A stretch of DNA of 64,000 nucleotides, from contig CP110439.1 in the NCBI GenBank assembly GCA_026914245.1, forward strand, positions 4,836,001 to 4,900,000, written 5' to 3'. This stretch comes from Puccinia triticina. Its lineage: Eukaryota. The notes under the pieces were generated by a model. The model was not told the origin of the DNA. It saw only the letters and a program-made list of their open reading frames with translations, and ran no database searches. A program made the position numbers and the translations under genes. Position 1 is the first letter of the stretch; every line of letters starts with the position of its first letter. Below are positions 50,731-63,007 of the stretch, in pieces.

Positions 50731-51585
50731 GTCCTCTTCTCCGGACCACTCCTTCCTTCTCTGTCTCACCTTCTCCTGTCTCATTTCCTTGTCTCACCTT
50801 CTCCTCTGCCTCCAACCAACTCCAACTCCTGAAACTTCATCAGCAACCACAAGTCGGCTGGCTCTCTCAACATGCTCAATGCAAGCTCAACCATCAACAC
50901 TTTGGCTATAAAAACTTGACCCACTTTCTCATCAGCAGCCTTCCACATCAGATTCAAAAGCAATCTCTCTCCCCTCACCCAAGCTGCTCGGCCTTTGCTC
51001 TCCACCGTCCAAAATTCAATTCCTCAAGATATCTCTCCGACTTTGGTTTTTCCCATCTCTTCTTCTTTATCTTCTATCCCTTTCTTCCCTCCTGATCAAC
51101 TCAAATCGTTGACGGCACCAGATTGATTTCTCCTCAAACTCATCTCAAATCATCCTTGTTGCCCCGACGCTCTCTCTCAAATACATCAATTGGATCTTTC
51201 CAATTTGGCGAGAAAATCAATTGTCCTCAAACCAACCTCATCTTCAATCAACTATCAAGAATCCCATATATTGACCTTATTTTTTCCTTTGTTCACAGTG
51301 TCTACTACTTGTCCCTATTTGATCTGTTTTTCTTCAGTCTGTCCGTTCTTGTTCCTCCCAAATCATCATCTCATTGTGGTATGCTACTTTTTTTGTATTG
51401 TATCAGAACTTCTTCTCCTGCTTAAAATTCTTCATGTCTAACTTTTTATTGTCTTAGTTCTGGTTTTACTTTCAGTAATCTATCCTGTTTTTTACATGTG
51501 CCAAAGCAAACTCTATCATTAGGAGTTTTCCAAAACACACTGCTTCATTAATAGTTTGCCCAAGCACACTCCTTCATTAGGAGTT

Positions 51586-51903
51586 TGTGAATCCACCATC
51601 AACATTGGGCCTTCACACGAGGGGCTATGGGATCACCTAACCCTAACCCCCTGTGAGACAACTACTTAGACTTGTCCCCGCTCTTCCCTATTCAAGCAGA
51701 GATCTAATCTCTCTCAACTAGGTGAGCACCTGTCTCCTTTTTCTTCTCTCTTGCCAGTGTATCTAGCCAAAAGAGATCTAATCTCTCTCAACTAGTCCTT
51801 TCAAATATAGCCCCAAAGTTTGGAACTAGAATCTCAAAGGCTCTTTGCCTTGCTTCCATACCTTTTGTTGCTGTCATCAGTGAGGGTTCATAGAACCCTT
51901 ACA
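51586..51903 (+). mobile_element. solo LTR, 318 bp
   Basis: TGTGAA...CTTACA termini; 5-bp TSD GAGTT (51581-51585, 51904-51908). Confidence 0.85.
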
Positions 51904-52068
51904 GAGTTTGCCAAAGCACACTCCGTCATCAGGAGTGTGCCAAATCACACTCCTTCATCAGGAGTGTGCCAAATCACACTCCTTCATCAGGAGTGTGCCA
52001 AATCACACTCCTTCATCAGGAGTGTGCCAAATCACACTCCTTCATCAGGAGTGTGCCAAATCACACTC

Positions 52069-53188
52069 TAGAGATGGCCCCGGCAAACCCGTTGCGGGTA
52101 CCTGCTATCCGCTCGGGTACCCGCCACGGCCGGCGGGTACCCGCCAGCGGGTGCGGGTGCGGGTGCGGATGTATGAGATTCTGGGAAAAAGTGGGCGGGT
52201 ACCCGGATAATTCAACCCACACCCGCCGCACCCGCCCACCGCTTTAACCATAAGGCCTGATCCATTCCGGTTGCCAAGGTTTTACAGCCTTGGCAGCCAG
52301 AAAAACCCACCTGGTCGCCGAGGACACACAACCTAATCGACCAGGAGGGATTCCTTCCGGTCACCGGGGCTGTATCTCGGCGACCAGAAGGAAAAAATCC
52401 TGCCGGTTGCAGAGGTTACAAAACCTCGGCAACCAGGAGGATACTATCTTGCTCACGAAGTTTGTAAAGCCTTGGCGACCAAGAGGAAATGGTCCTGGTC
52501 GCAGAAGTTAAATAACCTCAGCGCGCGACCAGCAGGTAACCTCCTGGTCGCAGAGGTTACCTCGCCAACCAGAAGGCAACCTCTTGGTCGCCGAGGTTAC
52601 CTCACCGACCAGAAGGCAACCTCTTGGTCGCCGAGGTTACCTCGCCGACCAGAAGGCAACCTCTTGGTCGCCGAGGTTACCTCCGCAACCAGAAGGCAAC
52701 CTCTTGGTCGCCGAGGTTACCTCGGCGACCAGAAGCTAACCTCCTGGTCGCTGAAGCTACCTCGGCGACCAGAAGACAACCTCCTGGTCGCTGAAGTTAC
52801 CTCGGCGACCAGAAGGAAACCTCCTGGTCGTCAAAGTTACCTCGGCGACCAGAAGGGAACCTCCTGGTCGTCAAAGTTACCTCGGCGACCAGAAGGGAAC
52901 CTCCTGGTCGTCAAAGTTACCTCGGCGACCAGAAGGAAACCTCCTGGTCGCAGAGGTCTTATTGCAACCAGAACGGCTTCCTTCTGGTCGCCGAGGTCAT
53001 CCCTCTTCAACCAAAAGGGGCCCCTTCCGGTTGCCGAGATGAGTTTCAAGGAGCAGGTATCCATGGTTATCTGCGCGGGTACCCGCCCAGGCCAGCGGGT
53101 ACCCGCCAACGAGTGCGGATGCGGGTACGGATGTCAGGATCCAGTCAAAACAGGCCACGGGTACCCGGGTGTGACGGAGCCATCTCTA
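52069..53188. mobile_element. non-autonomous hAT element, 1120 bp
   Basis: TIR TAGAGATGGC / GCCATCTCTA; 8-bp TSD TCACACTC (52061-52068, 53189-53196); subterminal CGGGT/ACCCG motifs; internal 39-bp tandem repeats. Confidence 0.9.
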
Positions 53189-54618
53189 TCACACTCCTTC
53201 ATCAGGAGTGTGCCAAATCACACTCCTTCATCAGGAGTGTGCCAAATCACACTCCGTAATAGGAGTGTGCCTAAGAGCACTTTGTCATATGTGTATCTGG
53301 AAAAAGCACACTCCGTAACAGGAGTGTGCCAAAGCACACTCCGTAACAGGAGTGTGCCAAAGCACACTCCGTAACAGGAGTGTGCCAAAGCACACTCCGT
53401 AACAGGAGTGTGCCAAAGGACACTCCATAATAGGAGTGTGCCAAAGCACACTCCATAATAGGAGTGTGCCAAAGCACACTCGGCAATAGGAATGCACACT
53501 CCTTTATAGGAGTGTGCCAAAGCACACTCTGTTATAGGAGTGTGCCAAAGCACACTCTGTTATAGGAGTGTGCCAAAGCACACTCTGTTATAGGAGTGTG
53601 CCAAAGCACACTCTGTTATAGGAGTGTGCCAAGGCACACTCTGTTATAGGAGTGTGCCAAAGCACACTCTGTTATAGGAGTGTGCCAAAGCACACTCTGT
53701 TATAGGAGTGTGCCAAAGCACACTCTGTTATAGGAGTGTGCCAAAGCACACTCTGTTATAGGAGTGTGCCAAAGCACACTCTGTTATAGGAGTGTGCCAA
53801 AGCACACTCTGTTATAGAAGTGTGCCAAAGCACACTCTGTTATAGGAGTGTGCCAAAGCACACTCTGTTATAGGAGTGTGCCAAAGCACACTCTGTTATA
53901 GAAGTGTGCCAAAGCACACTCTGTTATAGGAGTGTGCCAAAGCACACTCCGTTATAGGAGTGTGCCAAAGCAAGCACACTCCATTATGGGAGTGTGCCAA
54001 ATACCAAAGCACACTCCTATTACGGAGAGTCAGCTGAAGGAAAATTCAGCCTGGCCCTGTGTTTGTTTCAAGGGTGCAGTCTGCTGGGTATAAATACAAC
54101 AGGGCCTTGGCTGCAGTATTTCCTTCCTATCCCTAAACCCACCACAGCCTCAAATTATAAACTGGCCTCTTCAACATGTCCGCATTCATCAACCTCAACC
54201 TCCCCATTGCCAACAAAGACAGCTTAAAAAGCCATCTTGACCTACTCTTCAAGCTGTATTTTGCTTGCATGTTAAGTAAGGTTGAAACCTTGTATGCAAC
54301 ATGTGCATTCGACTTGCATGGGCTGACCTCACCCTCCTTTTCCCAGATACTCAGCCCACCATGCATCTGGACAGCTGAGCCAACAAGGCCATCAAAGATT
54401 GTACAGAATGGTTGAAGACCTTTATGTTGGATCAGGCTTGTAAGCACATTATTACTTATAATTTTTCCAATCTTACAAAGAAATGTTTTACATTGAATTT
54501 TGATGTAGCTCTGTTGCTTGCCGGAGACTCAGCGGAGTCATTGAGTGGTTTGAAAAAAACTTCACTGACATGAAGGAGGTGTTCCAGAAAAGGAAAAACC
54601 TGTTCAAATCTCTGGAAG

Positions 54619-55084
54619 CAACACTGGGTCGCTACGCTATTTCAGCACTACGCGTTAGCGTAGCGGCAAAAAGCGCCCATCTAATTTGCATAGCGTTGGC
54701 GCGCTGTTAGCGCCGCTACGCTGCGCTAATATTCAGCAGCGCTAACAGCGCGCCAATTCTTTGTTAGCGGTAGCGCGCCGCTACAGTCGCTACGCTACGC
54801 TGCGCTGCGCTACAGCGCTTTTAGCGGAAAAAAGACCTTTTTTCCCGCTAAAGGCGCTGTAGCGCAGCGTAGCGCGCGCTCTTTTGCGCCCTGCATGTGT
54901 AGCGTTAGCGCAATTGCGCGCATCTGCGCTAATGCTACGCTATCAGCTAAAATAGCTGCGCACCGCGTGCGCGTAGCGTTAGCCTATATGCGTGCAATTG
55001 CGCTAACGCTACGCTAAAAAATAGTGCATTTGCGCTGCGCTACGCTACGCTAACCGCTATGGTTAGCGTAGCAACCCAGCGTTG
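54619..55084. mobile_element. 466-bp MITE with CA..TG ends and 7-bp TSD (P- or hAT-like)
   Basis: TIR CAACACTGGGTCGCTACGCTA / TAGCGTAGCAACCCAGCGTTG; TSD CTGGAAG (54612-54618, 55085-55091); interior dense in CGCTA/TAGCG. Confidence 0.8.
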
Positions 55085-55644
55085 CTGGAAGACTCTGTTA
55101 ATGCTGTCTCCAAACAAATCCAAGTGGTGGAAAAGGGGATGGTCAAACAAGAACAGGAGATTCAGATTAAAGTTGCTCTTCAGTATTGCAAAGTGGTGGA
55201 CGAGATGAACCATCTCAAAGCCAAGATTGCATAGAAAATCTTGTATTTTCTCTTGTTAGTTCCCTAACTTAACACAAGTCCCCCTGGTGGGAGGCTTGCT
55301 GTGGCTGGCCACAAAGCAGCCCCTCCCGCAGGGAGGGACTTGCTTATTATCCCCCAACTTCATAGAGGAGCAGAAAGTACCAAATGACTGTAAGGATTTT
55401 TAACTCTTTAATAGCTCCGCCCCCAGCACATCCAAAGGTCTGAGCCACAGCTTTCTGACCCTTTGACATCTCCTCTACAATTGTCTCCTCAGAATTTTTT
55501 GTATCACCATTGATGTATTTTTAATAAATTTTTGAAAAGTGACTTCTCAAGAAATGGATCTGCACAAGGATTCACAAGGCTGTATTTCTTGGTGGACAAA
55601 AAACCTGCATTATTTCTAGGTTGTATGTAAATTCTGGACACATT

Positions 55645-55797
55645 AGCGGGATTCAAAGTAGACCCTTGCATTCCACTTGCAAGGCAAGGCAAGCTGGCGT
55701 TCAACTCAAATGTTGAACGTTGACTTGCAGTCTCCCCTCAACACTGGGTTATGCAAAGTGACCTGCATGCACGTGCGTGTCTACTTTGAAACCTCCT
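55645..55797. mobile_element. 153-bp MITE, inverted copy of 33222-33374
   Basis: Reverse-complement homology over the full length; ATT TSD. Confidence 0.8.
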
Positions 55798-55872
55798 ATT
55801 GTATGTACATAAGCTAAGATCACAACCATGCTTTCCTCTGGCCAAATGTAATGGACGACAAGACCTGCGGAC

Positions 55873-56312
55873 TAAGAGGACAGCGGGTAGTACTGTGAGC
55901 TACGCGAAAAGTGGTGACGACAGCGGTCAGGTGGAGGCACACCTAAGAGGACAGCGGGTAGTACTGTGAGCTACGCGAACAGTGGTGAAAACAGTGGTCA
56001 GGTGGAGGCACATCTGCGGACGACCGAGTGGAGATGAAGTGATGAGTTGATGATTGATTGAAGCAATGATGAATGAATGAAATACAAGGACATCAATACT
56101 AACCTAAGAGGACAGCAGGTAGTACTGTGAGCTACGCGAACAGTGGTGACAACAGCGGTCAGGTGGAGGCACACCTGATGATGATGAGGAACACTATGGT
56201 GAGACAAGAGACCAGAATGAACGGATATGAGAGGAAATACAAGGGTGCATACCTGCGGACGACCGAGCGGAGATGAAGTAATGAGTTGATGATTGATTGA
56301 AGCAATGATGAA
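55873..56312. repeat. interleaved direct repeats (possibly an LTR remnant)
   Basis: CTAAGAGGACAGCGGGTAGTACTGTGAGCTACGCGAA..GTCAGGTGGAGGCACA x3 and CTGCGGACGACCGAG.GGAGATGAAGT..GCAATGATGAAT x2. Confidence 0.7.
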
Positions 56313-56856
56313 TAGAGTACAACGTAAGAAGGGAAGGTTGAACTATGTACATCATAACTAGGTTTAAGCTATCATCAACTAGGTCTACTTCCGCAGCGGT
56401 GAGCTTTGGCGGCCGCGGCAATATGCGCCTCAATAAAATGTGGATCCACACATGGATCTTCCAAACTTAAGACATGGTTTGGAACATTGTTTTGCTGCCT
56501 TGACCTAGATTTCTGGACACTTTTGCCACTAGGGATTGCAGTCTTTGGATTGAGAGGCTGGAACAGGTGTCAAAAGTTGTGCATTTATCAAGGCTACAAG
56601 AGTACTGTCTATTCAGTTTTCTGTTGTTGTTTTTATTACACTTTATAGGGCCGTTTTGGTATTTTTTGCACTGAATATCACTTCTGCTCCTGCCAAAATT
56701 GAGGAGCAAGTAAGCCTCTCCTACGGAGAGCGCTCCGCGCGGGTCCCCCGGACCTTTGTTTGAGTGGTTTGTTAAGAGGTTAGTTCCTATGACAAACAAA
56801 TTTGGGACATTTGTCTTCTCACAGAATTGAACTGTACGTGAGCCAGCACAAAACAC

Positions 56857-57455
56857 CTAACTTAACTAAGTCCCACCCTCCTACAGGTGGAGTGGTAAAA
56901 CACTGGTCGCATTGCGCCGACCGGAGGGAGGGACTTACACGCTAAACGGACTTACAGGCTGACAGCATTTGGTTTTTTGGTGGGGACTTTTTTAAAACTG
57001 CTCTCACCCATCCATTTCCTGTCCAATTTCATTATTGTTTGGATTTCCATGATGACCAAAGTCTTCTTTATCCATGTACTATACCCACCTATCCCCAACC
57101 TGTCTTCTTGATGTGCAATGTCTCTTGTAACATCATGAGTTTTGGATTATGTACAGTGTGAACTTTGTAATATAGGATGAAGCAGACCACAGACAGTCAC
57201 AAAAAATAGATCTGAGGGATTCTGAAGGCCTCAAAAAATTCAGAGAAATTTGGAGAGATTCTCCTTGATCTTGGGAATCTTTTGTTCCCCCAAACCTTTG
57301 CTGCCCAATGGGAAAGGGTGAAGCCAGAAACGTTTGAAAAACAACATAATTCTGATTCTGTCAGCCCAAACTTGGACATTGAGTGTAAGTCCCTCCTTCG
57401 GAGGGTCCCTGCGGGACAGCGCCCCCCCTCAAATAGAGGGACTTTGTTAAGTTAG
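56857..57455. mobile_element. 599-bp non-autonomous AcademH-type element
   Basis: Ends CTAACTTAACTAAGTCCC / GGGACTTTGTTAAGTTAG; perfect 9-bp TSD ACAAAACAC (56848-56856, 57456-57464). Confidence 0.85.
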
Positions 57456-58360
57456 ACAAAACACCGGCCTCCTGGTTTTGGGACTGGTGGGTTTAGTGAT
57501 ATGTATCTGTGAATACCCTAGTGTAAGGCTCCGGGCGGCGAGATATTGCCCATGCCCACGTCCGGCTGCAACGCAAGCATGCCCAGAGCGTGCCCGTGTA
57601 CAAGCCTCGGTTTTTAGGCCCTGCTTGCAAGCGGGCTGATGGGTACCGCTGCACCTCTCAACTCATGAAAATGTTTGCCTCTCTAGTTCTCCAAGTGGGG
57701 TGGCTCCACATTGGTTTCAAGGCTCTCGCCAGGCCGCACCTGGAAAGTTTACCCAGCGATGGTACCAACATTCCCTATATCCTTGAATCAAATAGTGTAA
57801 AAATGGTAAATAGATTACTTTTTGGAACAGTTATAATTTAAGAACTCAATAAAAGTAATACACTTTTTGAATAAAGAAAAACAATTGTTAGAATCAGTTT
57901 TGTAGAAGGATAGATAACAATAATGAAAAAATACCTCAAAGATATGAATCACACAAAAAGAAAAATCTTGATACAATAGCAACGACGACAATGTAAGACA
58001 CAAGGATTATCACGACGAAACAGCCTGCCCAGAAGCTGGATCTAGCTCCTCCTAGATGTCAGAGATCAACGATGGTTGAGATTGTACGTTTGATTTGGTT
58101 GATTAGGTTACGAAGAAGAATAACCTTCGAGTTTGATGATCGATTATCGATTGATGATTGTAGAGATTCGATTTTGAGAAGAAAGAAAGAAAAAGGGGAG
58201 AGAAGTTTATCGGCGAGAAGTGATGGTTGATCGGAAGAAAACCCAGTCTGAAGTCCGAGTCAATCGACAAAGCCTGAGCATTGCATGCACCCCGGATTTA
58301 TGCATCACCACATGCATAACCTAAACCATCCATGTGCGAGTTTAAAACCGGACACTCCTC

Positions 58361-61300
58361 CTAAACACGCACATTGACTAAATGTAATTGTTTAAAAACA
58401 CTTATTAACTTAATCTTCCCGAGAGGTTTAGTCAACACATTGGCAATCATGTTGACTGTTGAAACTTGATGAACCTTGAGAACCTTCATTAAAATCAGCT
58501 GTTGAACATATTGAAAGCAAATTTCAATATGCTTTGTGTTTGGATTAAGTTGAGCTTCCTTGCTTATAATGACCGCACCCGAATTATCGTTGAAAATTAT
58601 TGGAGGGTTGATGTTGATGTTCAGTGAAGTGATCAAGTTTGACATCCAACGAAGCTGCTTCGCACACTTGTTAATTGCAATAAACTCAGCTTCCGTTGTT
58701 GATTGAGCCACCACAGACTGCTTTTTCGTCGTCCAAGAAATCGGATTTCCGAAAAATGTAATTATATAACCGGACATTGATTTCTTCGTCACCAAGGAAC
58801 TGCCGTAATCGGCGTCAGCCCAACCAGCTAAAGCATGCACTTCCAGATTCTTCTTGAATTGAATCCCGACATCGGCGGTTCCTTGAAGGTATCGAAGCAG
58901 ATGCTTGATCATCGACCAGTGAGCCAAAGAAGGAGCCGAATAAAATTGAGCAAGCACATTAACCGTGAAAGCAATGTCCGGTCTCGTATGAAGCGCCAAG
59001 TAATTCAACATTCCAATGGCCTTCTGCATCGTTTTCACATCAAATGGCGAGGATTCAGAAGCAACAACCCTGTGAAAGTTTAATGGCGCCAGTGATTTGA
59101 CAGTTGTTGAGTTGGTCATGCCGAAATCGTCAATTATTTTGTGCGCAAAATCAGATTGATGAACGATTAGCGAACCGTCCGTACGCCAGTCAAGAGTATA
59201 ACCAAGATGTTGATTCGGACGTTCCTTGATTTTTAGAGAGTAGGTTTTCTTGAGGTTCTTGAGAAAAAGCAGAACATCAGAGCAAGATTTTCCTACGATT
59301 AATCCGTCGTCGACGTGCATGTGAAGCAGAATAGATTTATCCGCATTGTGAAACAACGCATCATCAAGCAGTGACGCCTCAAAACCGATGGACCGTAACG
59401 TAGAAACAAGATGGGCTTTCCACATCCGTGGAGCTTGTTTCGTACCGTAAAGAGATTTGTTCAATTTCCAAACCCAGCCTTTCTTTGCTGGATCCGGATC
59501 TTCAAATCCAAGAACCTGCGAGACGTAAATGGAAGCGTCGATGTTGCCGTAAAGAAAAGCGGTTTTGACATCAAATTGAAAAACAAAATAGTCCCGATTG
59601 ACGGCCAATGACAGCATCATTTTGAGTGATTCATTTCTTGCAACAGACGAGTAGGTTTCAAAGTAGTGCAACATGTGCTCCCGATGGTTGCCAAATACAA
59701 CCCAACGAGCCTTATGATGAGCGACCTCCTTAAACTCGTTGAGTTTTCTATTCAGAAGCCACATTCCGCCAATTGTTTTGTCGTCGGAAGGAGGCGGAAC
59801 CAGAGTACCGGTGTTTTTCGACTGAAGAGAATGGAATTCGGAGGACATCACATTTTCCCACTCTAGAAGTGCCGACTTATTGTTCATTGCTTCATTGATA
59901 GATACCAATTGAGTTAGACTGAGCTCAGGAAACTCGGATTGCAAAGCAAAGCTCAGTTCAGGCAAGTTTTTATTTACTTGACAAGAACCTTCCACGATGT
60001 TTGAAGGATCAATGTTGGAACTGATATTTTTCGGAGCGACCGCATTCTTAGGACCCCATTCATAAGTAAAGCGTTTTGTCGGCGGCTGTCAAGAAGAAGA
60101 AGGATCAGGATCAGTTTGACGCGTTGCAACTTCCAAAGACGGAGAAGGTGGAATGGGCGGAAGAACAGGTGGCAGAGACGAGGACGTAGACGGGGGATCA
60201 GACGGATTAGACAATGGTGGAGTAACAGGCACAGTCGGATCTGTGTGAATTTTGGTTTTGCGGTGAGAGCCGCTAGATACATCCACGGTTGTATAATCGT
60301 CCTTGAAATCCACATCTGCACATGATGTGGGCAATGTTGCAGATAATTTCATCATGGCAGACTTGGAATTATACGGAAAGGAAAGAATGGAAGGGGTAAA
60401 GTCTTGACTGATAACCGTTTGACAAGAAATTGGATCAAAGAAGCAAAGAGCATCTGATCTGGGCTCGTAACCGAGGAAAAAGAACGGCTTAGAAGGAGGG
60501 AGAACTTTGGAAGAAGGGGATTGACTATGGACATAAACTTTTAAACCAAAAGGCAGGAGTGTGTGAACGTGTCTTACTTGCTCAATTGAGGCGCGTTCTT
60601 CGACCAAAACTGAATTCGGAGATTGCCAGTTGAGAGACGAGGTTGGAAGCATATTGATTAACGTTGACGCAAATTTAGCCGCTTCGTCCCAATAGTTCAG
60701 TGGAACAGCACATTGAGCCAGCATGCACCTCATCTTCACCAGAAGCGTCTGATTGAAGCGTTCGGCCAAGCCATTCGTTTGAGGAGAATTTGCTGGCCCT
60801 TGTTCAAGAGAAATGCCCCGTTCAGAGAGAAATGCTCGAAAGACGATGGATCCAAACTCGCCACTGCGGTTTTTGTGAAGAATTGAAGGTGTGACGTCCA
60901 AATTGTTCTTGATCTCATTCAGATAAGACATAATTTTTGATTCTGTGTAAACCCCCCTCCTCTGTTGGGTTCACAATATGTCATGAGATGACACAAGCCT
61001 GTCACAATGTTGTATATAGCGCACTTGAATTTCATCCCTGGCTCAGCAGAGAACTGATCCCTCTTCTCTCTGAGCTAGGTAAGCTTGTCTCTTTTCTCTC
61101 TCCTTTTATCTTTCATCTCACAGCAGAGAACTGATCCCTCTTCTCTCTGAGCTAGCAATCCAATCGCCCCTGTGTTTGGTCCTAGAACCGCTCTAGGCTT
61201 CCCGCCTTGTCCCTCGTGCCCGTTCCAGCTCACTCTCAGTGAAGGACTAACAGAGTCCTTACATTCTGCCTCAGACTTCTTTTGCATTAAGTAAATACGG

Positions 61301-62934
61301 TTGAACCTTGAGAAGTCATCAATCAACACCAATATATAGCGAAAAGAATTTCGAGAATTTGGTAAGACCTGCAACACGTCCATATGAATCATTCTGAAAG
61401 GAGCCGAAGCGGATGGAAGGGGATTTTTATGTGATGAACGCTTGATTTTAGCCATTCTACACACCTCACACATCGTTGATGAACCAGTTTTCTCATTTGG
61501 AGAAATCTTCATCAACTCGAGAAATTTCTTCAGATAAACATCCGACGGATGTCCTAGGATGACGTGCCAATCTTTGAGAGCACCGTTTTCCGTGATCGAG
61601 AACAAAGATGTTGAGGTAGCAACACTCGAACCTGACGAGACGTATAAATTGCCCACTCGTGGAAAACGTTTGATGATTGAAGAGCCCATGTAGATCAAAA
61701 AGAGCTTGTCTTTGTGCACACACCGAAAACCATGATCTTCCAGTTGAGAAACTGAAATCAGATTGCATTTTCCAGCTGGTGCAAGGTACACGGGAAAGAT
61801 GTTATACTTTCCAAACCGCATTGAGCCAGTATGAGTGATTTCGACTGACCCAGAGTACGTACGCATAGTCTTTTTGATGGGTTGTAGATTTGATAGAAGT
61901 CGAACATCTGAGACTGTTGATTTTGAAGCCCCAGTGTCAAGGACTAGACGAATTTCTTCACAATCGACAGAGCCTACATGAAACGTGTTCTCATCTTCAA
62001 CAAAGAATCCGGTATCTTCAGGATCGTCTACCAAGACTTCAGCAACCGCATCGGCTACATCATTCTCATCGGATTCCTCTAGTGAGTTCACACGTTGAGT
62101 ACGAAGTTTCGTCAAAGATTCTATCAATTGGTCGAGTTCCTGATCGCTCATCTTTAATTTGGACGATGAAGATGAAGTGGAAGGTGAAATACGATTCTTT
62201 GTTGGAATGACGTTCCTGAACTTCTTTTCGACGGCCTTGAATTTCTCCTTGTTCGGTCGCACAAAAGGTTTGGCAGACAAAGCATTGATTGAACCAGTCC
62301 TATCCGTTCGACTATCCTCGATGTTCATTCAAGTTGCTATTTTTTCAAACGTAAAGGGATCGACATTGAAAAGGTTTTGAATCAAGGGAGCCAATGAATC
62401 ATCATGACGGAAACTCTTGAGGAAAAACATTCCGGCCATAGCAGTATTGACTTGCATCTTCTTCGTTACCAATTGAGCGGACTTCAAAGAAGTGTACATA
62501 GATTGAAATTTACTAATGTGAGCAGCTATAGATGTACCGGGAATGTACTCGAGTTGAATGAGAGAATCAAGTTTGTCGCCAAGCTTGATTAATGAATTTT
62601 CACCGCAAGCGTCAGCCAAGTTGATCATTGCTTCTGCAAAAGAATTGGCAGCTTGTGCAATTGGACGTAAATCGGCAGAGATGCATGATTCGAGAAGAGT
62701 ATAAGCGTTTGCGGTTTTCTTGCGAAATTTCTTCTCCTTCTTATTGGCTTCGCACCAAACTGGATCGAAAACCTCTTCATCACCACGCCCAACAACCAAG
62801 TTTTTGAAAGATTTCTTCCATTCTGGCCAGTTATCCCGACGAAGCTTGGTGATTTTAATCTTATCACTTCTATGATTGTTATCGCTGGATGAGGAATCAT
62901 TGGCTCGAGGATCGTTAACCGGAAGGTCTGCCAT
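58361..62934 (-). pseudogene. Copia gag-pol polyprotein, broken by two TGA stops and a solo LTR
   Basis: Protease LVLDTGAS; GAG-pre-integrase WHVILGHP..CEVC; integrase IHMDV, IDDFSR, NGLAERFN; RT KSLYGTKQAPR, MHVDDGL; RNase H WADAD, STTEAEF. Same frame across the stops at 62329-62331 and 60089-60091. Confidence 0.93.
60946..61263 (+). mobile_element. solo LTR (318 bp) inserted in the Copia integrase
   Basis: TGTAAA...CTTACA; 5-bp TSD TTCTG (60941-60945, 61264-61268); removal restores ..KSEAE-SKIMSYLNE.. in frame. Confidence 0.9.
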
Positions 62935-62994
62935 CTCGTTCGTATTTATCTAGATGTGTCTTCTTATTTTGAGTTCTTTAACTGTTAAGTAAAT

Positions 62995-63007
62995 GCTCTC
63001 GCTACCA
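62995..63007 (-). promoter_or_regulatory. Copia primer-binding site (tRNA-Met-like)
   Basis: TGGTAGCGAGAGC immediately internal to the 5' LTR on the minus strand. Confidence 0.75.

Larger units (their letters stand above)
50243..54025. repeat. 30-bp palindromic satellite (AGGAGTGTGCCAAAGCACACTCTGTTAT-type) in blocks at 50243-50560, ~51500-52068 and 53189-54025
   Basis: Head-to-tail 30-bp units with a GAGTGTG..CACACTC stem and no unique spacers; interrupted by unique sequence, a solo LTR and a hAT element. Confidence 0.9.
55264..56778. mobile_element. older non-autonomous AcademH-type element
   Basis: Left end CTAACTTAACACAAGTCCC; decayed right end TTTGTTAAGAG; 9-bp TSD GTTAGTTCC (55255-55263, 56779-56787). 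Confidence 0.65.

Noticed and set aside
52472..53374. 300-aa repetitive ORF
   Set aside because: Product of a 39-bp tandem repeat in a non-autonomous hAT; runs across the element boundary.
53189..54025. CRISPR-like array of palindromic ~30-bp repeats
   Set aside because: Units are head-to-tail with no unique spacers, there are no cas genes, and the context is eukaryotic; this is a satellite.
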